A DNA stretch of 64,000 nt from Acutalibacteraceae bacterium (lineage in GTDB: Bacteria > Bacillota > Clostridia > Oscillospirales > Acutalibacteraceae): positions 29,776-93,775 of the forward strand of contig JBGVFJ010000065.1 in NCBI GenBank assembly GCA_045121005.1. The letters are read 5' to 3'. The notes below the pieces were generated by a model, which saw nothing but the letters and a program-made list of their open reading frames with translations, had not been told where the DNA came from and searched no databases. The number at the start of each line of letters is the position of its first letter. Positions within the stretch are counted from its first letter, which is position 1. Position numbers and translations under genes: made by a program. This document shows positions 43,953-54,100 of the stretch, piece by piece.

Positions 43953-44720
43953 TTATCTTCTTAACAGATTCAGTTTTGCAACCACACCGTTGGGCTGTTC
44001 TTCACCGTAGAGCATTCCCTGATAGCAATGGCTGTATTCAAGAGGTTCAACAAGATAATTTGAAAGAATATTACCGCACATATTGAACTTGGGAAACTCG
44101 GGAATATAGTTATAAACCGCTTCGGGAATAATCTTTTCAAAGGCCTGTGGCGTTGGCTGAGTTTTTTCGGCAATAACGCTCACATCTCTGAGCACACCTG
44201 CAGTGAGGGTGCGGTAATTGACAGCACCTTTGAGCATATTAAACTCACCCGTGCACACAACCGGCACATAATATTTGGATGCAACATTCATAAGCATCGG
44301 AATGCTCTGAGCTTTGACGAGAGGATTTTTGTCAAATGCGGTGTTGAGCATCATAAAGCGGGTACCGCACTCCTTGCGCTCAAAGGCTGCCCAGGAGCAT
44401 GATGAATAGTTGGTTGCAGTTTCAAATTTTGAAAGCTTTTCGGGAGTTTCGGAATACCAGAAGCTTCCGCTTTCAAGGAGTGTAAGCTCAAAGTGGTTGT
44501 AGAAAATGGGGTTGTGAACATTGCCCTCAACATAGGAATAAAGTTCACCGATATGAGCCTGGGCAAAAGCGGCAAGACCCTCCCCTGCCTGCTGAATTCC
44601 CACACAGTCCGGCAGAGTGTCGAGAACGGTTTCTGCCATAATCTGAGCCTGCATCTGCCATTCAAGAGGATTCTCACTCGGTGTTGTTATTTTATAAGAT
44701 AAAACTGAGATTTCCTGCAT
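43953..44720 (-). CDS. Endonuclease/exonuclease/phosphatase (EEP)-family-like protein
   Basis: ATG at 44720 after AAGGAG (the track ORF extends to 44777). The N-terminus ISVLSYKI resembles the EEP first strand. Weak assignment. Confidence 0.4.
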   Translation of the reverse strand: MQEISVLSYKITTPSENPLEWQMQAQIMAETVLDTLPDCVGIQQAGEGLAAFAQAHIGELYSYVEGNVHNPIFYNHFELTLLESGSFWYSETPEKLSKFETATNYSSCSWAAFERKECGTRFMMLNTAFDKNPLVKAQSIPMLMNVASKYYVPVVCTGEFNMLKGAVNYRTLTAGVLRDVSVIAEKTQPTPQAFEKIIPEAVYNYIPEFPKFNMCGNILSNYLVEPLEYSHCYQGMLYGEEQPNGVVAKLNLLRR

Positions 44721-44880
44721 TTGTTTTCTCCTTAGATAAGATATTATGATTATATCATAAATAATTCTTATGCACAACCAAAAAAGTGTTATTATTTAAC
44801 AAAAAAGTATTGAATTCAACTTATTAAAGTGTTAAAATTAAAAAGGTTATATACCAATTTCCCTATTGGAGGTAGATTAA

Positions 44881-45714
44881 ATGAGTTTTCCTGTTGCTGT
44901 TCAGCTGTATTCAGTAAGAGACAATATGGCTGAAGATTTTGAAGGCACAATCAAAAAAGTTAAGGAAATGGGCTATGACGGCGTTGAGTTTGCAGGTCTT
45001 TTCGGCAATGCACCCGAAAAGGTTAAGGCTATCTGCGAAGAAAACGGCCTTGTTCCCGTTTCTGCACACGTAAGCTTTGAAGAGCTTGCCGCTGACCCCG
45101 AAAAAGTTATCGGTGATTATGCAACCATCGGTGTTAAATACATAGCTATCCCCTATGCTGTTGAAGAACGCCGCCCCGGAGCAGAGCTTTTTGAAGACAC
45201 TGTTGAAGGCATCCGCAAATTTGCAGGTATTGCAAAAAAATACGGCATCACAATGCTTTATCATAACCACGATTTTGAATTCAAAAAGGTTGACGGTGTT
45301 TATGGTCTTGACCTTCTTTATTCCACCCTTTCAGCAGACGAGCTTCAGACAGAGCTTGACACCTGCTGGGTAAACGTTGGCGGTGAAAACCCCGCTGACT
45401 ACGTGGTTAAATATTCAGGCAGAGCTCCTGTTGTTCACCTTAAGGACTTTGTTATGAGCGGAAAAGATAAACCTGCAAAGATGTATGCACTCATCGGCAT
45501 TGATGACGGCGCACAGGCAGACGAGGATGAAGGCGAGGATTTTGCATTCAGACCCGTTGGCTACGGTGTTCAGGACTTCCCTGCTATTTTTGAAGCCTGC
45601 AAAAAAGCCGGCACAAATTGGGTTGTTGTTGAGCAGGACAGCCCCTCAATGGGCAAAACTCCTCTTGAAAGCATCAAGATGAGCATTGACTATATTAAAA
45701 CTATCAACAAATAA
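44881..45714 (+). CDS. Sugar phosphate isomerase/epimerase (xylose-isomerase-like TIM barrel)
   Basis: 277 aa. VQLYSVRD...GYDGVEFAG...YHNHDFEF...VHLKD.... Confidence 0.8.
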   Translation: MSFPVAVQLYSVRDNMAEDFEGTIKKVKEMGYDGVEFAGLFGNAPEKVKAICEENGLVPVSAHVSFEELAADPEKVIGDYATIGVKYIAIPYAVEERRPGAELFEDTVEGIRKFAGIAKKYGITMLYHNHDFEFKKVDGVYGLDLLYSTLSADELQTELDTCWVNVGGENPADYVVKYSGRAPVVHLKDFVMSGKDKPAKMYALIGIDDGAQADEDEGEDFAFRPVGYGVQDFPAIFEACKKAGTNWVVVEQDSPSMGKTPLESIKMSIDYIKTINK

Positions 45715-45729
45715 TCGGAGGAATATAAA

Positions 45730-46875
45730 ATGTCAGACGCAGTTCTCAATCAGTTTACACAGACCGTTGAAGAAGAAAAGAAAGTTAGCGATAAAAAATT
45801 CAGAATCGGTATTATCGGCACAGGCTGGATTGCTGAAGCTCATATTGAAAGCTATCTTCAGATGGAAGATTGCGAAATCGTTGCAGCAGCAGACCTTATC
45901 CCCGGCAGAGCTGAAAAGTTTATGGAGAGATACGGAGTTACAGGTGTTAACTTCTACCCCAGCCACAAGGAAATGCTCGACAGCGAAGAACTTGACGCAG
46001 TAAGCGTTTGTACCTACAACAAAACACACGCTGAATGTACAATTTACGCTCTTAACAAGGGTGTTAACGTTCTTCTTGAAAAGCCTATGTGCGTTACCAC
46101 AGAAGAAGCTGTTGAAATTATGAAAGCTGAAAAAGCAAGCGGAAAGCTTCTTTCAATCGGCTTCCAGCCCCGCGGCGACGAAAACATGAAGATGATTAAA
46201 AAGATTGTTCAGTCAGGCGAGCTTGGTGACATCTACTACATTCAGACAGGCGGCGGACGCAGACGCGGTATCCCCAACAGCACATTCATTGAAGAAAAAA
46301 CTGCCGGTATCGGCGCCATGGGTGACATCGGCTGTTACTCACTTGATATGGTACTCAACGCTATAGGCTATCCCAAGCCCCTTACAGTAAGCGGTTACAC
46401 ATCAGCCTTCTTCGGGCCTAACCCCATGTATAACAACCCCGCTGACGCCGCAAGATTCAATGTTGAAGACTTTGCAGCAGCTTTTGTTCGCCTTGAAGGC
46501 GGCATTATCCTTGACTTCCGTATTGCATGGGCAATGCACGCCGACACTCCCGGTGACACAATCATCTTCGGCACAAAGGGTGCTCTCCGCATTCCTTCAA
46601 CAGAATGCTGGAATGGTTCAACAGGCGGCCCGATGACAATCTATCACGACGTTGCAGGCGAAAGAGTTGAAACAATTATCCCTGAAATCGAAGCTCCCGC
46701 TAATGACAAGGGTCTCTTCTACAAGAAGGTTCGCTCCTTCCTCGATGCCATTGCAGAGGGCGGCGAAGCTCCTGTTCCGTCAAAAGAAATTCTTTACAAC
46801 CAGGCAATTATCGACCATATTGTTAAGTCATCAAAGCTTGGCAAAGAAATCGAAGTTGTTATTCCCGAAATCTGA
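45730..46875 (+). CDS. Gfo/Idh/MocA-family NAD(P)-dependent oxidoreductase
   Basis: FRIGIIGTGWIAEAHIESY Rossmann N-terminus and EKPMCVT motif. A bidirectional terminator lies at about 46890-46925. Confidence 0.85.
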   Translation: MSDAVLNQFTQTVEEEKKVSDKKFRIGIIGTGWIAEAHIESYLQMEDCEIVAAADLIPGRAEKFMERYGVTGVNFYPSHKEMLDSEELDAVSVCTYNKTHAECTIYALNKGVNVLLEKPMCVTTEEAVEIMKAEKASGKLLSIGFQPRGDENMKMIKKIVQSGELGDIYYIQTGGGRRRGIPNSTFIEEKTAGIGAMGDIGCYSLDMVLNAIGYPKPLTVSGYTSAFFGPNPMYNNPADAARFNVEDFAAAFVRLEGGIILDFRIAWAMHADTPGDTIIFGTKGALRIPSTECWNGSTGGPMTIYHDVAGERVETIIPEIEAPANDKGLFYKKVRSFLDAIAEGGEAPVPSKEILYNQAIIDHIVKSSKLGKEIEVVIPEI

Positions 46876-46921
46876 TCCGAACATAAAGAAAGAGGAGAGT
46901 TTCAAACTCTCCTCTTATTTT

Positions 46922-47851
46922 TTATATTTCCTCCTGCTGAGCTTCAAGCTCTGCGAGGGCTTTCATTTCCTCCAACTCAGCCTGATTGGGCTTGGGTGGG
47001 GGAAATTTCTTTTTCATTTTTTTGCAGTAAGCAAGTGTGCCGAGAAGGCAGATTCCCTGAATAAGAATCCAGCGGATATAGTCTGCATAATTGACAAATT
47101 CCGTTCCGCCAAGACCTACGATAACAACGTTATAGGTAAAGAAATTAAACAGGAACGTTGTGAGCACGCAAGGCCAGATTGTTCCGCAAACCAGTCGGAG
47201 ATAACCCTGACGGAATGCAAAAAGGAACTGAGCCACAACAAAAAGCAAGAACAGAACAACAGTCTTGCCTTTGTCTTCGCTGAGCATCAGCGACCTTACG
47301 GGGCCGACGAAGAAGAACATTGTGTAAAACAAAGCCTGAACTGCATTGCAGACATAGAAGCCTGTCTTTTTGCGAAGAACGCCGAAAGCGAAGCCTCTGA
47401 AGAAAACCTCGAGGAACAACGCTCTGAAGGCACAAATCAATGCACCCATAATTGTCCAGGTGACGAGTATTGTGTTGTCAGACTTAGAGAGAATCAAATC
47501 AACATGCTGATTGAAGCAAATCAGGTCAAAATAAGACTCCTCTGCCCCACCGAGGGTGCAGATAAGATATTCGGGAACAATGATGATTGCCAACGAACCA
47601 AGCCAAATAAGTGCGGGAAGAATAACCTCCCAGAACGAGTGGTTAATTACACCCTGAATACCGAAATCGCTGAGTGACCAGCAATGCTTACGGTTGAAAA
47701 GTAAAATGAGCAGAATGCCTGCCGCATAAGAAATGAAAGAAAGCGTGGGGCGACCGATGTCGCTCAAAAAGAATTCATACACTTTCACGAACATAAGACC
47801 AATGAAAATACTGACCATATTTCGCAATTCCGTGCGTTGTTGCTCTTCCAT
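46922..47851 (-). CDS. CPBP (CAAX protease/Abi)-like polytopic membrane protein, apparently lacking the two catalytic His motifs
   Basis: ATG at 47851 after AAAGGAG (the track ORF extends to 47908). Motif-1-like LEVFFRGFAFG. No His residue anywhere downstream of it. Charged C-terminal tail KKMKKKFPPPKPNQAELEEMKALAELEAQQEEI. Confidence 0.5.
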   Translation of the reverse strand: MEEQQRTELRNMVSIFIGLMFVKVYEFFLSDIGRPTLSFISYAAGILLILLFNRKHCWSLSDFGIQGVINHSFWEVILPALIWLGSLAIIIVPEYLICTLGGAEESYFDLICFNQHVDLILSKSDNTILVTWTIMGALICAFRALFLEVFFRGFAFGVLRKKTGFYVCNAVQALFYTMFFFVGPVRSLMLSEDKGKTVVLFLLFVVAQFLFAFRQGYLRLVCGTIWPCVLTTFLFNFFTYNVVIVGLGGTEFVNYADYIRWILIQGICLLGTLAYCKKMKKKFPPPKPNQAELEEMKALAELEAQQEEI

Positions 47852-47915
47852 ACGTACTCCTTTCTTTACAATACGGCAGCCCTGAATTGACAAGGCTGCC
47901 GTTTGCAATTAGAAA

Positions 47916-48101
47916 TTAAAGGTTAAACCAAGCATCAGTACCGCTTGAGGCATCGAATCCCCAAAAGTCGTTTCCGTTACCGGTAAAGTCATGTTCAAGA
48001 TCGCCTTCGCTGTCTGAAGTGCCGCTTAATACATCTTCATCTGCAAGGAAGGATTCAGTATAGAATTTTTTGAAAGTAATTTCAGGTTTTATATATTCCA
48101 T
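47916..48101 (-). CDS. 61-aa highly acidic, Trp/Phe-containing peptide
   Basis: AAAAGGAGGATAAT lies upstream of the ATG and starts immediately after the stop of the giant gene. 14 Asp/Glu versus 3 Lys, no Cys, no signal peptide or TM. C-terminus DFWGFDASSGTDAWFNL. Confidence 0.55.
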   Translation of the reverse strand: MEYIKPEITFKKFYTESFLADEDVLSGTSDSEGDLEHDFTGNGNDFWGFDASSGTDAWFNL

Positions 48102-48113
48102 ATTATCCTCCTT

Positions 48114-51100
48114 TTAGATTGATTTTAATGTTTTGGCACTGTTAACGAGGCTGTTAATACCATCTGTGAATGATGAAACATCACTGTAAACAGTTTTGTT
48201 GTTGCCGCTGGCATCTCTGTATATGATGTAAGAGCGTGCATAGAGCCTGTCGCAGCCCTTGTAAGGTGTTTTAGCATCTGACTCAAGACCGCCGATTGAA
48301 AGTGTGTAAACACCTGAACGGCTTGTGCTGCTTGCTGTTGAAGCATAAACACCGGTTGTGCCGAGAACGAAGCTTTCTGCATCTTCGATAATTGTTTCAT
48401 CGTCAGTGAACAAAATACCATGCTGAATAACGGTGTATGCTGAATCAACACTTCTTTCTGCATAGAAGGAAATCCATCTGTGTTCTTCGTTGTATTCAGC
48501 CTTGGTGATACGGGTTGTAACCTTGTCAACTGATTCGGTTGCTCCGTAAACGGCTACAAGGCTTGTGTTAGCGTGAGCCTTGAAGCTGAATGACTGATAG
48601 TAGCTTACGATAGTGTCTGTGGGGTTGCCCTTTTCATCTGCAACAGCCCAATAGCTGAATGCCTGGCTATCTGATGTTGCTGCAGCAGTTACCTTAACCG
48701 TTGAATACTGGGAATAGCTTGTTGTTTTTGAGCTACCGTTAACCCAGACAGTAATATTGTAATTATCAGGTCCGACATCGTATGTTGAATAAACATGTAC
48801 ATCCTCTGTACTGCTCAGAACTGAAGTATCATCAAGGTTTACTGACCAGCCTTTGAACTGATAGCCGATAACTACCTGAGGTTTAACAATTGAGGGCTTG
48901 GAACCAATCTGAGCCTCAACTACACCGAGAAGCTGGTTATTGAAGCCATAGTAGTAGAACTTATGGGTTTCTGCAGTGTTCTTTTCCCACTGAGCTGTAT
49001 AGTGCTTATCGCCTGTTGTTCCTTTGCTGATTGTAACAGTCTTCCACAATTCATTATTGTCATCAAGCCAGCCTGTGAAGGTGTAGCCCTGTCTTACAGG
49101 AATAGGCAATGAGAATGTAGGTGTGTCGATTGTGAAATATGCGGGAACAGTTGCTGAACCAAATGAAGCATCTTCCCCAAGAACGAGTGTGAGATAATAC
49201 CTCTCGACTCTCCAGTTAGCTGTGTAAACACGGTTACCTGTTGAGCCTGTTGCAATAACAACATCCTTTGTAACGCCTGAAAGCTCTGTTCCTGTCCAGC
49301 CGTAGAAGATGTAACCTGTTTTTGTGGGGTTCTGCAGCTTGAATGTTTCTGTCTCAGCAGTGTAAGTTTCGCGGTTTGTTCCGGCAACTGTACCACCGTT
49401 AAGGTTGTAGGTAATGGTGAATTCCTGAGTGTTCCACTTTGCTGCAAGGTCAATGTTACCCATGCTACCATGAGGAATTTCAACTGACATAACATCGTTT
49501 GCGACAATTGTGATTGCGGCAAGCTCTGTTTCAGATTTTTCACCTGTTACAACAACTGAGCAGAAGCAATTTTCGGTTGCTGTGTATGTGCCGGTTTCAA
49601 GACCAAGGAATGTGTCGTCAGCTTTATAAACAGCAAGTGCAACGCCGTCAGGAATGATGTAGGTTTCACCGCTTGCGAGTGAAACAGGCATTGACCAATA
49701 ACCTGAGCCACTTACATACGCACCGGTTGAATCAATTGTGCCGTTCATCCAGATGAAGTTGTTCAATGTCTTGGTCCAGCCGCCGAAGGTGTAACCGGGA
49801 CGACCGGGGTTAAGAATTGAGATATCTGCTGATTCAACAGTGTAGACTGAGGGGTTAACACCTGATACACGGCCTGAGTTGAGGTCGTAATTGAGTGAAT
49901 ACTCAATAGCCTCCCACTCTGCTGTGTAAACTCTGTTACCTACTGAACCTTTTTCAATTACAACATCAGTTGCAACACCTTTAATACCTGTACCTGACCA
50001 GCCTTTGAAGATGTATCCAATCTTGGAAGGATTCGGAATTACAACTTCCTCGGTTGCAGTGTAGGTTGTGGGGGCATCTGTGAAGAATGCGCCATCAACG
50101 CCAAGATATTTGATTGAATAACTATTGATTGAATAGTTAGCAGTGTAGCTTCTGTTGCCTGTTGAGCCCTTTTCAACTACAACTGTCATTGCTGTGCCGT
50201 CAATACCTGTACCCGACCAGCCGGTGAAGGTATAACCGGGAAGTGTGGGGTTGTTGAGGGCAAATGTGGGTGTGGTATAAGAGTACTCACCCGGGTTACC
50301 AACATCAACAGAGCCGTCGCCGTAGTCGTAAGAAATTTTATAAACTGTTTCTTTCCAAACTGCGGTGTATGATCTTACGCCTGTTGAGCCCTTAAGAACT
50401 GTTACAGAAGGCTGAACACCGTCAAGAGCTGTACCCGTCCAACCTTCGAAGGTGTAACCTGTTCTAACCGGGTTATTGAGGGTGAACTGATCTTCAACAG
50501 TGTAGCTCGTTTTGTTGGTAGCTGTACCGCCATTCAATGTATAGCTGATTCTGTAGCTTGTTATTTTCCAGTTGGCAGTAAACTCAAGAGCACCGCCGTC
50601 TGATGTGTTGATTTCAACAACAACTTCCGGATCAGTACCATTGCTGCCGGTCCAACCTACAAAACGATAACCGCTTCTTGTGGGAGCGTTAAGTGAAAGA
50701 TAACCTGAGTTTGTTTTGTAGCTTGTGGGGTTATTTGAAGCAATCAATTCACTTTCAGTAAGGCCATGATAGGTGATTATATTTTCACTCTCGGACCAGT
50801 GAGCAGTGTAAGTTCTGTCACCTGAAGAACCAGAAGGAATCACAATATCGGTTGCTGTTCCGCTGATTCCGGTTCCTACCCAACCAACAAATGTGAAGCC
50901 TGCTCTTACAGGATTCGGTACAATAATTTCGTCCTTATATTCGTAAGTTAAGGGAGGAACAAAATCGGTCCACTCACCACCTTCAAGGTTGAAAGTAAGG
51001 TTGTAAACACCCTTTTGCCAAACAGCCTTATAAGACTTATCGCCTGTGGAGTTTGAGGGAATAACCATAGTCTGTACCGGTGTTGTATCTTCACTGAGAA

Positions 51101-54100
51101 GATCCACCCAACCTAAGAAAATGTAGCCTTCCTTTTCGGGGTTATGAAGTGTGATATTTGCAGTGTTAAATGTGTACTTAACAGGGTTTTTGATAGTTTC
51201 TGAACCGCCGTCAAGGTCATAAGAAATTGAGTATTCAACAACCTTCCAGTTAGCAGTATAAGTTCTGTTACCTGATGAACCTGTGGGAATTGTAACTTCT
51301 GTTGCAAAACCAGAACCTGTAATGCCTGTACCTGACCAAGCTACGAATTCATAACCTGTTCTTGTGGGAGCTCTGAGGGTGAATGTGGGTGAGTTAACCG
51401 TATACTTTGTCGGGTTGCCATCCGCCTCACCGCCATTGAGAACATAAGTGATATGATACTCTTCAAGAGTCCAGTTTGCTTTATAAGACCTTGTACCGAT
51501 TGAACCCTTATAAACAGTAACTGTCTGTGTGGGTGTTGCTACGTTTGTTCCTGTCCAACCCTGGAAAACATAACCTGATCTTACAGGATTGTTAAGGGTG
51601 AATGTTGAGGTCTCAATTGTGTAGGTTGTGGGGTTAGCAACAGCAACCTGAGCACCTGAATGAAGAGTGTAGCTAATGGTGTAGCTTACGGGGGTCCATA
51701 CTGCGGTATAAATTCTGTTGCCTGTTGAGCCCTTGGAAATTGTTACGTATTTGGTTACATCGTTAAGGTCTGTTCCTGTCCATCCTTCAAAGGTGTAACC
51801 TGTTCTGCTGGGATGTTCAAGAGTGAAGCTCGGAGTATCAACAGTGTAAACATTCGGGTTGTCTGCGCTGTTTATACCGCCTGTAAGGTTATAAGAAATG
51901 TTGTAATTAGAAACAACCCATGTAGCTTCATAAGCTCTGTTGCCCGATGAGCCCTTGTGGATGGTAACAGTTGCTGTTGCACTTTCAAGGTCAGTACCGG
52001 TCCAACCTGCAAAAGCAGCACCTGCTTTTGTCGGCTGAGCAAGGGTGAATGTTTCTGTTTCATAAGTGTAAGTGTTGGGGTTTGTCGGCGCATTAACACC
52101 GCCGTTCATTGTGTAGGAGATATTATATGTGTTGGGGGTCCATGTTGCAGTATATTCTCTGTTACCTGATGATCCCTTGGGAATTACAACTTCAAAGGAT
52201 GCACCGCTGATACCTGTTCCGGACCAACCGCCGAAGGTGTAACCCTCCCTGGTGGGGTTATTGAGGGTGAAAGTCTCTGTTGAATAGTAGTAGTTTTCAC
52301 GGTTATTTTCAGAAACCACACCACCGCCGAGATTGTATTTGATTGAATACATTGTCTCTGCCCAGAGAGCCTTATAGTCGCGTGAACCGCTTGAACCCTG
52401 CTTGATGATAATCGAGGGGTATCTTACGCCATCGCATTCCCATGCAAGGAATGTGTAACCGTCCTTAACGGGATTCTGAATAAGAATTTCACCGCTGTCA
52501 ACATTGAATGTTGTGGGGTTGGGATTGTAGCCCGGTATAAGATTTCCGTTATCATCGTACTTCTTGTAATAACCTCCATCAAGGTCATAAGTGAGGTTAT
52601 AGGTTTCAACATTCCAGCTTGCAACAAGCTTCATGTTACCTGTGCTGCCTTTTGGAATGATAACTGTTTGCTGCTTACCTGTTGAAGCAAGAGGATCGTT
52701 ATCATTAACAACAGAGATACTTATTGATTCGCGGAAAGCTGCCTCAGTAAATACTTCAGAAACAACGAAGTAAACGAAGTATCTGTCTTTGGTGAGACCG
52801 TTTACGCTTGACGGAAGCTTAAGAGTTTCTGCAGTGTCAACATCAACCTTGGTTACAAATTTTCTGTCAGAATCGAAGAAATAAGCGTCGATATACTGAG
52901 AATAACCGTTTGAATTGATTGTATAAGTGTGGCCTGTTCTTACAAGAATGGGGCTTGAAAGATAATGCTCAGTACAAATTTTGTAATCACCCTGTGCATC
53001 AAGCTCACCGGGCTTCCAGGTGAAGTTCTGGATTGTCTGAGTCCATCCTGCAAATGAATAACCTGCTCTGACGGGTGGGTTAATTGTATGAGTGTCGGTA
53101 TTCATTGTGTAAGAAAGGATATGAGATGCATCAGATGCGCCGCCTGCATAATCATAAGTGATTGTGTATGTAGCATAGTTCCAGGTTGCCTCATATCCAC
53201 GGTGACCCGTTGAGCCCTTCTGAATGGTTACATTTTTAGATGTACCTGAAATACCTGTACCCGTCCAACCTGCGAAGATGTAGCCTTCCTTAACCGGATT
53301 GATAAGGGTAAAGGTTTCGGTTTCTGCAGAATATGTTACCGGGTTTGCAGATTTGCTGCTCTCATACTTACCACCGTCAAGGTTGTAAGAAACGGTATAG
53401 TCAGTCGCACTCCACATTGCAGTGAAAATGATTGTACCGGTGTCTGTGGGATTGATACCGATATCTGTACCGGTTTCGGTTTTGTTTTCGTTAACAATAA
53501 GCTTGTTCCAACCGAGGAAGGTATAACCTGCTCTTGTGGGATTGGTGAGTGTAAAGCTGTCACCTGTCTGATATTTGTCGGGGTTTTTACCAACAACTTT
53601 ACCACCGTTAAGGTTATAGATGATTTCGCCTTCTATACCGCTCCAAACAGCAACAAGCTCAAAGTTGCCGTAAGTACCGGCAGGACGGGAAAGATTCTTT
53701 TCGATACCATCGAAAGAGTAGCTCTGCCAGCCCTGGAAATCATAACCGTCTTTAACAGGGTCGCTTACAGTGAAGCCCTCTTCAATTGTGTAGGTTGAGG
53801 GATGGCTTGCATTTGTTTCAAAATCACCGCCGTTAGTGTTATAGGTAATTGAATAGTTAACAATATGCCAATTAGCTGTTAAAGAAAGGTTTTCGGCACG
53901 AGTGCCTGCAGAAATTGTGATTGTGTTAACATTAGTATATCCGCTACCGCTCCAGCCTGCGAATTCATAACCCGCTCTTGTGGGAGGCAAAATGGTAACA
54001 TCATCATTTATTGTGTAGCTTGTGGGGTTGTTTGCAATAGTGGGTTCGCTTGCTGTGCCTTCAGCATAGTTCAGGTCATAACTGATTTCATAAACAACAG

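Noticed and set aside
46652-47677. 341-aa + strand ORF overlapping the end of the oxidoreductase gene and antisense to the CPBP-like gene
   Set aside because: It has a low-complexity, Lys/Ser/Leu-rich translation with no motif and no RBS. It lies out of frame over a well-supported gene at its 5' end. The opposite strand encodes a coherent polytopic membrane protein with an RBS.
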